This document shows, in pieces, positions 50,288-59,122 of a stretch of DNA of 64,000 bases. A model generated the notes under the pieces. The model ran no database searches and was not told the origin of the DNA. It saw only the letters and a list, made by a program, of their open reading frames with translations. The position numbers were made by a program, and so were the translations under genes. Position 1 is the stretch's first letter. Every line of letters starts with the position of its first letter. Source of the stretch: Dehalococcoidia bacterium (lineage in GTDB: Bacteria > Chloroflexota > Dehalococcoidia > UBA2979); assembly GCA_965219085.1 (NCBI GenBank), contig OZ244720.1, positions 704,001-768,000 of the forward strand, in the 5' to 3' direction.

Positions 50288-50755
50288 GTGAGATCCTTGA
50301 ACATGCCGGGCGGTCGCCGCGGAGGCGGCGGTCTGGTCTTCGTGACGGTGGTCGCCGCTGCCGCGGTCGCCGTGTTCCTGTGGTGGCGACGCCGCCAGGA
50401 CGCACGGATGCGGGAAGCCGCCGAGACGCCGCAGGCGTGGGCGCCGCCCGCCGCGCCCGCGCCAGCCGCGCAACCCGAGCCCATGGCCGCTCCGGCCCAG
50501 CCCATGGCGGCTGCTCCAGCCGCGCCCGCGGCGCCGCCGATGGCGCCACCGGCGCCGGCCGCGCCACCGGCGCCGGCCGCCCCGCCGATGGCTCCTCCGC
50601 CAATGGCGGCGCCCATGCAGGCGCCGGCGGCGCAGCAGCCCGTGGCGGCGGCGGTCCCTAACGGGAACGGGCACCCGCCGATGGCTGCCGCCCCCGACGG
50701 CAGTGGCGTGCCGATGTATGCGCAACCGCTCGGAGCGATGCCCGTCGCCCGGTAG
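50288..50755 (+). CDS. Single-TM Pro/Ala/Met-rich protein (start uncertain)
   Basis: TM helix LVFVTVVAAAAVAVFLWW followed by RRR and a low-complexity tail. Confidence 0.6.
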   Translation: MRSLNMPGGRRGGGGLVFVTVVAAAAVAVFLWWRRRQDARMREAAETPQAWAPPAAPAPAAQPEPMAAPAQPMAAAPAAPAAPPMAPPAPAAPPAPAAPPMAPPPMAAPMQAPAAQQPVAAAVPNGNGHPPMAAAPDGSGVPMYAQPLGAMPVAR

Positions 50756-50954
50756 CGGGCAAGCAGACCCTCAGGAACTGGTTCACGGCCTCGCTCGGCA
50801 CTCCGGGCGGGGCCGTTTTCTCGTATCGCAGCCCATTCGACGCGCGCCGGACACGACAGCGTGGGTCGCGCCCGACGGTGACCGGCCCGCCGAGCGCGGT
50901 CCGGATGCACGTATGACCGTGGGTGCGGGCGTTGGTATCCTCGGAGAGTCAGCA

Positions 50955-51030
50955 GCCCCCATCGTCTAGGGGACCAGGACGCCACCCTTTCAAGGTGGAA
51001 ACAGCGGTTCGAATCCGCTTGGGGGTACCA
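50955..51030 (+). tRNA. tRNA-Glu (TTC)
   Basis: GCCCCCATCGTCTAG...CCACC-CTTTCAA-GGTGG...GGTTCGAATCC...GGGGGTACCA. Confidence 0.95.
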
Positions 51031-51098
51031 AGGTTTTTAGGGGTTCCTGCAATTTACCGTTCGGTCGATCGCACGAAATGGGGCCATTTTGGGGCCAT

Positions 51099-51251
51099 CT
51101 ACTCAAGCATGTCGTCGAGCGCTTCGGCCGCCGCGTCCTGTTGGCCAGGCAGCACATGGGTGTAGACGTCGAGCGTGAACGCTGCACGAGAGTGCCCGAG
51201 CCGCTGCGCAACCGTCTTGGGGTCGACGCCTGCCCGGATCCATTGGCTAGC
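51099..51251 (-). pseudogene. Tyrosine integrase C-terminal remnant
   Basis: ASQWIRAGVDPKTVAQRLGHSRAAFTLDVYTH; convergent on tRNA-Glu; cut by IS481. Confidence 0.85.
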
Positions 51252-52321
51252 TGTAGTTCCCACGTAGGTTGTTGACACCTGCAGGGCGTCTTGAACCCTG
51301 CAGGGGTTGCTCGTGAAGGGAGCCTCCGGGAGAAGGTGTGAGTAACAAGCCAGCACCTTGCACCTGGAGGCTCCGATGCATCGTAACGCCCGACTGACCT
51401 TCCTCGCCCGCCGCACGATGGTGGAACGCATCGCCGCGGGCCGCGCGGTCGCGCACGTCGCCGCCGAGATGGGCGTCTCCCGTCCGACCGCCTACAAGTG
51501 GTGGCGACGCTGGCTGGAGGAGGGCGAGGCCGGTCTCGAGGACCGCCCCAGCCGCCCGCGACGCTCCCCGGCGCGTGTCCCGGCACGGCTGGAGCGCGCG
51601 ATCGAGCGCCTGCGCCGCCGCGAGAAGCTCGGTCCGGCACGCATCGGCTTCCGCCTCGGGATGCACGCCTCCACCGTCCACCGCGTGCTGTGCCGCCGCG
51701 GCCTCAACCGCCTCGCCTGGCTCGACCGCCCGAGCGGGCAGCGGATCCGCCGCCCCCGGCGCTACGAGCATGCCCGCCCGGGCGACCTGCTGCACATCGA
51801 CGTCAAGAAGCTGGGGCGCATGCCCCCGGGCGGCGGCTGGCGCGCCCACGGACGGGGCCAGGCGCCGCGCAGCCGCGCCGGCTACGCCTTCATCCACTCC
51901 GCCGTGGACGACCACACGCGCCTCGCCTACAGCGAGATCCTCGCGGACGAGCGCGCCGTCAGCGCAGCCGCCTTCCTGCAGCGGGCGTGGGCCTGGTTCG
52001 CCGAGCTCGGCATCGAGGTGCGGGCCGTGCTCACCGATAATGGCGGCGCCTACAAGAGCCGCCTGTTCAGCTCCGCCTGCCGCCTCAGCGGCGGGCGGGC
52101 GAAGCGGACCCGGCCCTACCGCCCGCAAACCAACGGCAAGGTCGAGCGCTTCCACCGCACGCTGCTCGAGGAGTGGGCCTACGTCCGCGTCTACCGCAGC
52201 GAGGCCGAACGCGCAGCCGCCCTCGGACCTTCGCTGCACCGCTACAATCATCACCGTTGCCACACCGCGATCGGAGGTGAACCCCCGATCAGCCGTGTCA
52301 ACAACGTCCCGGGACACTACA
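51252..52321 (+). mobile_element. IS481-family element
   Basis: TGT...ACA ends with imperfect IR (TGTAGTTCCCACGTAGGTTGTTGACA / TGTCAACAACGTCCCGGGACACTACA); CTAG beside both ends once later insertions are removed. Confidence 0.92.
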
Positions 52322-52326
52322 CCTGA
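51376..52326 (+). CDS. IS481 DDE transposase
   Basis: HRNARLT, LLHIDVKK, VLTDNG, PQTNGKVERF; stop codon lies outside the element end. Confidence 0.92.
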   Translation: MHRNARLTFLARRTMVERIAAGRAVAHVAAEMGVSRPTAYKWWRRWLEEGEAGLEDRPSRPRRSPARVPARLERAIERLRRREKLGPARIGFRLGMHASTVHRVLCRRGLNRLAWLDRPSGQRIRRPRRYEHARPGDLLHIDVKKLGRMPPGGGWRAHGRGQAPRSRAGYAFIHSAVDDHTRLAYSEILADERAVSAAAFLQRAWAWFAELGIEVRAVLTDNGGAYKSRLFSSACRLSGGRAKRTRPYRPQTNGKVERFHRTLLEEWAYVRVYRSEAERAAALGPSLHRYNHHRCHTAIGGEPPISRVNNVPGHYT

Positions 52327-52399
52327 TATGGAGTGACCGGCTGTCAAGCAGCACCGGCGGTGGTCGTGGCGATCCGGCTCCGGAACGGGGGGAGATGGA

Positions 52400-52600
52400 C
52401 GAACGAGGGCGCTGCTTCGACGACGTGTCACTCTGATATTCGCGGGTTGCCTGTGGCCTTGCCGCATGACCGTGCTTCGCCGGGAGGGGTCGCCGTCTAG
52501 CATCGCGGGTTGACGGCGCCGGGCGCCGCTGCCGCATAGGTGTACCGCGCATCCTCCTGAGCCTGCCCTCGCTCATCCACCCCCTCCTGCTCCGGAACGG
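52400..52600 (-). ncRNA. Predicted bridge/seek RNA (ends approximate)
   Basis: Two parallel loops [guide]AUGCGGCA...CAACCCGCG[guide]AG; the guides match the element ends and the insertion site. Confidence 0.8.
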
Positions 52601-52643
52601 CGTACCGCCGTCTCCGCCCTCGCCGCGGACCGGGCGCGTTGTA

Positions 52644-53780
52644 TCAGGCCGCCGCCTGCTCCCGGGCGCCGGCCTTCGGCTCTCCCGCGGATGCGGGGAT
52701 ACGCCGCAGCACCGCCCACAGGTAGCCCGCAAGTTCGCGGGCGACGGCGGTGTTCGCCACGACCGACGGCTTGCCGTGAGCGGCCAGCCGCCGGTGGCGG
52801 CGATAGAGCCGGGTCTGCGCCCGGTCGGCCAGCACCACGGCCCAGCCCGGCTGGCCCTCCCGCCGCTTGCGCAGGGCTGCGCCGACCCGCGGCGGGTGGC
52901 GGTAGTGCCAGGCGCTCTCCACCAGGATGCGGCGCACGTGGCTGTTCCCTGTCTTCGTGATCGGCCCCCGCCGCTGGCGCGCCCCGCTGCTGTGCTCGCT
53001 CGGCGTCAGCCCGAGGTAGGACATCAGCTGCCGGGCGCTGCCGAAGCGCGTGACGTCGCCGAGTTCGGCCAGCACCGTCATCGCCGTCACCGTGTCGACC
53101 CCGCGGAAGCAGCGCAGCAGCCCCACCGCCTCGCGGTAGTCGTCGCTGGCGGCACACGCGGCCAGTTCCTGCTCCAGCGTGCGCAGCCGCTCCTCCACGC
53201 CCTCGAGCGCGCGCAGGTAGTCGTCGAAGGTGGCCTGCGCGGCCGGGTGTTCGAAGCGCAGCGTCAGCAGCCAGCGGCGGTGCCGCAGCGTCCAGTTCCG
53301 CCCGTCGTAGGCGATGCCGCGCCGCAGCAGCAGCTTCGCCAGGCGGTGGCGCGCCCGCGTGCGGTCGGTCACGGCGTCCTCGCGCGCCCGGCAGAGGTCG
53401 CGCACCGCCTCCTGGTCGATGGTCGGGGGATGCACCGCCGTGAGCAGGTCCGCGCGCAGCAGCTCGGCGAGCTTCCGTGCGTCGCGACGGTCGGTCTTGA
53501 CGCGGTCGCCGGGTCGCCTGGGGATCAGCGCCGGGGCGATCACCCGGCATTCGACGCCCTCGGCCTCCAGCCGGCGCTGCAGCGCGAAGCCGCCCGGCCC
53601 GGCCTCGTAGCAGGCCACGAGCGGCCCCGGCGCCATGCGCCGCAGGCGCTGCGCGAGCCGCTTCACCGCCTTCGGCTCGTTCGCCAGCTGCCACTCCTCG
53701 GGCCGCTCGGCCCCCGGCGCCAGCACCGCCACGTGGATCGCCCGCGCGTGTGCATCCATCCCTGCGTATGTGGTAGTCAT
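52644..53780 (-). CDS. IS110-family DEDD recombinase (378 aa)
   Basis: RuvC-like D/E/D/D residues and C-terminal GL.P....SG serine motif. Confidence 0.93.
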   Translation of the reverse strand: MTTTYAGMDAHARAIHVAVLAPGAERPEEWQLANEPKAVKRLAQRLRRMAPGPLVACYEAGPGGFALQRRLEAEGVECRVIAPALIPRRPGDRVKTDRRDARKLAELLRADLLTAVHPPTIDQEAVRDLCRAREDAVTDRTRARHRLAKLLLRRGIAYDGRNWTLRHRRWLLTLRFEHPAAQATFDDYLRALEGVEERLRTLEQELAACAASDDYREAVGLLRCFRGVDTVTAMTVLAELGDVTRFGSARQLMSYLGLTPSEHSSGARQRRGPITKTGNSHVRRILVESAWHYRHPPRVGAALRKRREGQPGWAVVLADRAQTRLYRRHRRLAAHGKPSVVANTAVARELAGYLWAVLRRIPASAGEPKAGAREQAAA

Positions 53781-53876
53781 CTTCCTGACCGGCTCCTTTC
53801 GCATGCGGCTCTGCATGCCTCGCGTCTGTAACCCGCGAGTTTGCGAACTCGGAGCCGGTCACTCCATACGGTCTAG

Positions 53877-55052
53877 GGATGGTCTGAACAACTCGCCTGA
53901 GCGGGTGAGCAGATGCGATCATGGGGCGACCCGGAGAGGGGCGGCCCATGCAGCAGCGTTCGTTCGGCAGCGTCGAGTACGAGCACAAGAAGGTCAAGAC
54001 GAGGCGGCAGGCGTTCCTCGAGCGCATGGACGGGCTCGTCCCCTGGGCTGAGCTGGAGCAGCGCATCGCGCCCGTCTACCCGAAGCGCGGCCGCGGACGC
54101 CGCCCCTACGCGCTGCGCGTGATGCTGCGCATCCACTGCCTGCAGCTCTGGTTCAACCTCAGCGACCCCGGCATGGAGCAGGAACTCTACGACTCCCGCT
54201 CGATGCTCGAGTTCGCCGGTCTCAGCCTCTCCGAGCCGATCCCCGATGAGACGACGATCCTCAACTTCCGCCACCTGCTGGAGCGCCATCAGCTGGGAAC
54301 GGCGCTGTTCGCGACGATCAACGCGCACCTGGCACGGCAGGGGCTGCAGGTGTGCGAGGGCACGATCGTGGACTCCACGATCATCAGCGCGCCGTCATCG
54401 ACGAAGAACCGCGAGCGTGCGCGCGACCCCGAGATGCACCAGACCAGCAAGGGCCGGCAGTGGTACTTCGGGATGAAGCTGCACGCCGGCACGGATGCGC
54501 GGACGGGGCTGGTCCACAGCGTGAGCACGACGGCGGCGAACGTCTCAGACGTGACCGAGGCGCATCGCCTCTTGCACGGCGGCGAGACGGAGGCGTGGGG
54601 CGATGCCGGCTACCAGGGAGTGGAGAAGCGCCCGGAGCACGCGGGGTCGGAGGTGAGCTGGCAGGTGGCGATGCGTCCGGGTCTCAGGCGGCAGCTGGCG
54701 CCGGGGGGCGAGGAGGCGCAGGCGGAGCGGCGCAAGGCCTCGGTGCGCGCCAAGGCTGAGCATCCGTTTCTCTACGTGAAGCGGCACTTCGGGTACGCGC
54801 AGGTCCGCTACCGGGGTCTTGAGAAGAACCGCCAGCGTCTCATGCTGCTGCTCGGTTTCACGAACCTGTTGCGAGCCGAGCCTCAGCTCGCCTGATCGCG
54901 GGAGCGCTGCGTCCGGAATCGCTCCCGCAGGCGAGCCCGCAGCGGAGTGGGAACGGGATCGCCCCCTGAACCGCGGCATCGGCCCCCGCAGCGCGGCTCG
55001 GCACGCCGATCGGCCCGCACCGCGCCCGATACGCCACCTGTTCAGACCTTCC
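53877..55052 (+). mobile_element. IS5-family element with CTAG target duplication
   Basis: IRs GGATGGTCTGAACA / TGTTCAGACCTTCC; CTAG at 53873-76 and 55053-56. Confidence 0.93.
53948..54895 (+). CDS. IS5 transposase
   Basis: PDETTILNFRHLL, IVDSTII, WYFGMKLH, GDAGY, VRAKAEHPF, RYRGL. Confidence 0.93.
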   Translation: MQQRSFGSVEYEHKKVKTRRQAFLERMDGLVPWAELEQRIAPVYPKRGRGRRPYALRVMLRIHCLQLWFNLSDPGMEQELYDSRSMLEFAGLSLSEPIPDETTILNFRHLLERHQLGTALFATINAHLARQGLQVCEGTIVDSTIISAPSSTKNRERARDPEMHQTSKGRQWYFGMKLHAGTDARTGLVHSVSTTAANVSDVTEAHRLLHGGETEAWGDAGYQGVEKRPEHAGSEVSWQVAMRPGLRRQLAPGGEEAQAERRKASVRAKAEHPFLYVKRHFGYAQVRYRGLEKNRQRLMLLLGFTNLLRAEPQLA

Positions 55053-55239
55053 CTAGGTCATCGACGGGCTGGACACAGCAGCCCATGCTGCCATCGCAGC
55101 AGCGCCGACATGGCGACGCGGGCGTGCAAAAGGGGTCTTCCCGGTTCTACGTAATGCTCTCGTCCTGAGGCCCCCCGAGCGGGGGCCAGGGATCAGTCCT
55201 TGGGGGCTCCCGCAGCCACGCCGGAATGTCTCGCACCGC

Positions 55240-55560
55240 ATGCGCCGCTGGTGGCCCAGAGCAACGGACCGCCCTGGGTGGACCCATTCGGGGACGACGA
55301 CCGCCAGACGTGGGCGGAGTGCCTGCGCGGCGAGGTCGCCGAGGGCTTCAGCCGCGTCGTCTTCGAGGGGGCAGCGTCGACGACCTCGTGGCCTGCTCGG
55401 AGCGCCTGCAGGTGACGGCCCTCTACGCCCTGCACGACGGCGGGTGGGTCTCCTGCATCCTCGGCGCGCCGGAGTGGGTGAACGCCGAGTTCCGGGAGTT
55501 GTTCGCCGAGGGCGTTCCCTCGATCACGCCGCTCGTCGTCAGGAGTGAGGGGCCTCCGGA
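55240..55560 (+). pseudogene. Orphan frameshifted copy of the adhesin C-terminal domain
   Basis: WAECLRGEVAEGFS.VVFEG/GSVDDLVAC..VTALYALHDG..ILGAPEWVNAEFRELFAEG. Confidence 0.8.
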
Positions 55561-55624
55561 AGCCAACTGCCTGAGCTTGGCGGGTTCGAGCGCTGCAAGA
55601 GTTGCTCAAACGCAGCCCGCGTGG

Positions 55625-56281
55625 TCAGTCATCCAACAGACCGTTCCGCACGGCCCAGACCACGATCTCCTGCTTCGTGGCAACGCCGAGCTTGTTCTGA
55701 ATCGTGTAGATGGCGTTCCTGATGGTGACGGGCTTGACTCCCCTGGCCTCCGCAATCGCGCTGTATGACGTGCCCCGGGAGAACGCCGCCAGTATCTCCC
55801 GCTCCCTCCGCGTCAGCTCGTCGTGCTGCTCGTCAACTTCCGCCCCGCTTCGTATCCGGCCGAATACCCGCCTCACCACCTCGTTCGGCACATGCATCTC
55901 ACCGGCAGCCACGACCTTCACCGTGCTCAGGAGCTGGTCCATTCCGGATGTCTTCTGAAGATAGCCGGTCGCACCGGCGGCCAGCGCCTCGATCACCGCG
56001 TCCTCCTCGGTTGAGGCGGTCAGCATGATCACTCGTGTGTCGGGCGCGGAATCCATGATCTCCCGGCACGCCTCCACGCCGTCCTTCCCGGGCATCATGA
56101 CGTCCATGACGACCACGTCGGGTGACAGTTCTGAGGCTGCTCGCACCGCCTCCACTCCGTCCCTGGCCTGTCCGACCACCTCGAACTCCTCAGTCTGCTC
56201 GAGCATCGACTGGAGACCTTCCAGCATGATCGAATGGTCGTCGACGAGCAGGACCCTGATGCGGCTAGACTCTGTCGACAC
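55625..56281 (-). CDS. NarL/LuxR-family response regulator
   Basis: LLVDDH, VMDVMMP, GYLQK; LTRRE.. HTH. Confidence 0.92.
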   Translation of the reverse strand: MSTESSRIRVLLVDDHSIMLEGLQSMLEQTEEFEVVGQARDGVEAVRAASELSPDVVVMDVMMPGKDGVEACREIMDSAPDTRVIMLTASTEEDAVIEALAAGATGYLQKTSGMDQLLSTVKVVAAGEMHVPNEVVRRVFGRIRSGAEVDEQHDELTRREREILAAFSRGTSYSAIAEARGVKPVTIRNAIYTIQNKLGVATKQEIVVWAVRNGLLDD

Positions 56282-56282
56282 G

Positions 56283-57539
56283 CTACGCCTCCTGTACCTC
56301 GCGACCCAACGGCATCACGCAGGTGACGCACGCGCCACCATCCGGCCCCCGGGGCTCGACGATGAGGCGTCCGCCCAGGCGCTCGGCGCCCGCGCGCATG
56401 TTTGCGAAGCCGTGGCCGCGCTCCTCGTAGTCGCCGGGAAGTCCCGGCCCGTCGTCCGACACCGAGAGCCTGATCTCACGCCGTCCGAAGTCGAGCCCGA
56501 TCAGCACCCTGCTCGCGTCGGCATGGCGGAAGGCGTTGGTGAGGGCGTTGTGGGCGATCGTGAACAGCACACTCCTCGCCTCGATCGGAAGAGGCGGCTC
56601 CACGCCGTTCTGCGTCAGCTCCGCCGGCACCGAGGTAACGGATGTGAACGTCGCAACGTGGGAGTCCAGGGTCCTGCCCAGCTCCCTGCCGTCGAATATG
56701 CGGCCCATGTCTATCGGGTGTCTCAGCTGCCAGATGGCGGTCTTCGACAGCAGGGAGGTCGCTTCGAGCCTGGCGCTGAGCTCCTCATTGGAGTCCCCGG
56801 CAAGCCGCCTGGCGGCATCGATACCCAGGCCGATCAGGTACGCGGACTGCGCCGTCGTGTCGTGAACGGACTGGGAGAGCTCGATCCGCTCGCGTTGAAG
56901 TACCTGCTCCCGTTCCGCCGCGGCCCTCCACCTGGTCCGCTCGAAGCCGACGATCAGGTTGACCGATGCAGCCACCGCGTACATGACGAAGAGTCTGGCC
57001 AGGAGGGGCTTCTCGTCGCGTACCCCTGTGTCGATTCCGTCCCCAACCGAGAGGCTAATCGCAAGATAGAGGAGGGCCACGCTCGTCACACAGGCCATGG
57101 TCAGCCTGAACGACGTGAAGACCACCGCGTACCCGGCCAGCGGGGGGTAGTAGAGCAGGTGCAGGAAGTAGTGGTTGAACCCTCCCCCGACCACCGTGGC
57201 GCCCGAGATCATAGTGAGATCCATCACGGCGAGCGCGACGAGCCAGCGCCAGGTGATGGCCGTGTTCGCGAGCCGGTAGTGCGTGTATCCGTTGAACGCG
57301 ACCAGCAGCAGGGCCAGCGGTACATACACGACGTACATCTCCGGCCAACCCACAGGCCGGTAGGCCAGCTGCACGAGCACGAACGCGACCACGAACCAGT
57401 GCAGCCAGACCAGGACGGTCGCGACGTATCTCAGCCCGTCCGGGTCGAGCCGGATGAGCGCCGAGCCGCTGAGCCGGACGGCGCTGGAGGGTGTCCCGAT
57501 CGGGTCCAAGCCCCGGCTCTGGCGGTGCGCCTGAGACAT
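56283..57539 (-). CDS. Membrane sensor histidine kinase (HisKA_3 type)
   Basis: Multiple TM helices; ER..LSQSVHDTTAQ; ALTNAFRHA; DDGPG; GHGFANM. Confidence 0.88.
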   Translation of the reverse strand: MSQAHRQSRGLDPIGTPSSAVRLSGSALIRLDPDGLRYVATVLVWLHWFVVAFVLVQLAYRPVGWPEMYVVYVPLALLLVAFNGYTHYRLANTAITWRWLVALAVMDLTMISGATVVGGGFNHYFLHLLYYPPLAGYAVVFTSFRLTMACVTSVALLYLAISLSVGDGIDTGVRDEKPLLARLFVMYAVAASVNLIVGFERTRWRAAAEREQVLQRERIELSQSVHDTTAQSAYLIGLGIDAARRLAGDSNEELSARLEATSLLSKTAIWQLRHPIDMGRIFDGRELGRTLDSHVATFTSVTSVPAELTQNGVEPPLPIEARSVLFTIAHNALTNAFRHADASRVLIGLDFGRREIRLSVSDDGPGLPGDYEERGHGFANMRAGAERLGGRLIVEPRGPDGGACVTCVMPLGREVQEA

Positions 57540-59092
57540 GTTCTCCCCGGGATGCACACGAGAGCAGGGAGCATCTAGCTGGTCCAAGCAGTGCACCCCT
57601 GCCTGCAAATCTCGCTGACGCGGGTTGAGTCCACAAGAGCAGGCGTACCTGTCTCAGTCGCAGAAGGGCACTCCCTCAGAGCAAACAAACTTGCCTCCTC
57701 ATTGTGTCGCTCGGCACTTACCAGTAGCTCGAGCGATCTTCACGATCGACCGGACACGGAGTGGATCGTTTCGTCCAACCAGCCGGACCAGGGGTAGGCG
57801 CGCGGACACCCCAGACCGTGCGTGGAAGGCATTCAGATGGCGCTCGGCAGACCAGTCGATGCACCTGTAGGCGCGGGCGGAACGCCGGCCCCGGCCGTCG
57901 TTGCGCCGCTCGGTGTGGCCACCGTGCACGTCGAAGCACTGACCCCCTTTTTATGTCATCTATTCGTCGGCTGTCAATGACGCCTGCTGCGTCCGATCCC
58001 GCCAGGCCGCACCTCGGCACCGCGCCTGCTGGAGTAGTGCGCCATGGCCTCTAGCCGACAGGCCGCCGCTCGCGCCGTCCGGAACGTCCCCCTGACGTGG
58101 GCCCGTCGCACCGTCCCATCTCGCTGGTGCTGGCTGCGCTCGCCTTCACATGCATGCTGTCGGGCACCCGCACGAGTTCGCTGACGGCCTGAGGCTACAG
58201 CTGGTAGGTCAGCGGCATGGGTGAGCTGAGCGAGGACACGTTCAGCTGGGGGGACCAGACGATCGAGGTGAAGCCGGTGTTGCTGCAGTCCGGCCACCTG
58301 CTGCTGAGCGTAGCGCCGGAGCCGGCCGACGGGTTCGTGCTCGACATGGACGGAACGGGGTTTGCCTCGGCCGACGCCACGTTGCGCCGGAATGACACGT
58401 TGATTGGGTACCTCTGGACGGCCCCGGACCTGAGCTGGGCGAAGGACGACACGGTCGCGCTGCGCCTGAGCTGGGTGGAGGCGGAGGAGGACCCCGCGTC
58501 GGCGCAGGAAGTGGTGACGGTGGTGAAGGATGCGACGGCGACACCCACACCGACACCCACGCCGACCCCCACACCCACGCCAACGCCCACGGCCCCGCCG
58601 GCCCGGCCCACGGGACTCTCCGCCACGGCCTCCCCTGGCGCGATCGCGCTGAGCTGGGATGACCCGTCCGACGCGACCATCACGCACTACGAGGTGTTCC
58701 GGCGGGACACCACGATCCACGCGCTCGGGGAGTTCATCACGCTCGAGGCGAACACGGGCTCGGCGGCCACCACCTACACGGAAGTGAGCGTGGAGCCAGA
58801 GCGCAAGTACGTGTACCGGGTGAAGGCCGTGAACGCCCACAGCGCCAGCCAGTGGTCGAGCTTCGCCAGCGCCACCACCCCGCCCGCGCCCGTCCCGCCT
58901 GCCACCGAGGACCTGGCCGCAGCCGGCCTCACCGCCACGCTTCCCGAAGGCGGCGGCGTGGCCCTGAGCTGGACCGCTCCGGTGGAGGACGCCGATAGCG
59001 TCACCGGCTACGAGGTCCTGCGCGCGGTGGGCAACGGGGAGCTGACCACCCTGGTCTCCGACACCGGGAACACAGCCACCAGCTACACCGAC

Positions 59093-59122
59093 GCGACCGC
59101 GACCGCGACCGCGACCGCGACC
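59093..59122 (+). repeat. (GCGACC)5 in-frame microsatellite
   Basis: Encodes ATATATATAT where sister repeats have ATAT. Confidence 0.8.

Larger units (their letters stand above)
52325..53872 (-). mobile_element. IS110/IS1111-type element, copy 2, complete
   Basis: 16-bp sub-terminal IR TATGGAGTGACCGGCT (52327-52342 / 53853-53868); CT core on both sides (52323-24, 53873-74); ~320-bp downstream non-coding region; TTGACA inside the right end. Confidence 0.93.

Noticed and set aside
55240-55560. Orphan C-terminal repeat as a DGR template repeat
   Set aside because: Differences from the 14660-14900 copy are not adenine-specific, and no reverse transcriptase is visible in the window.
57600-58040. 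Riboswitch in the intergenic region before the FN3 pseudogene
   Set aside because: I could not match it to any known aptamer consensus by eye.
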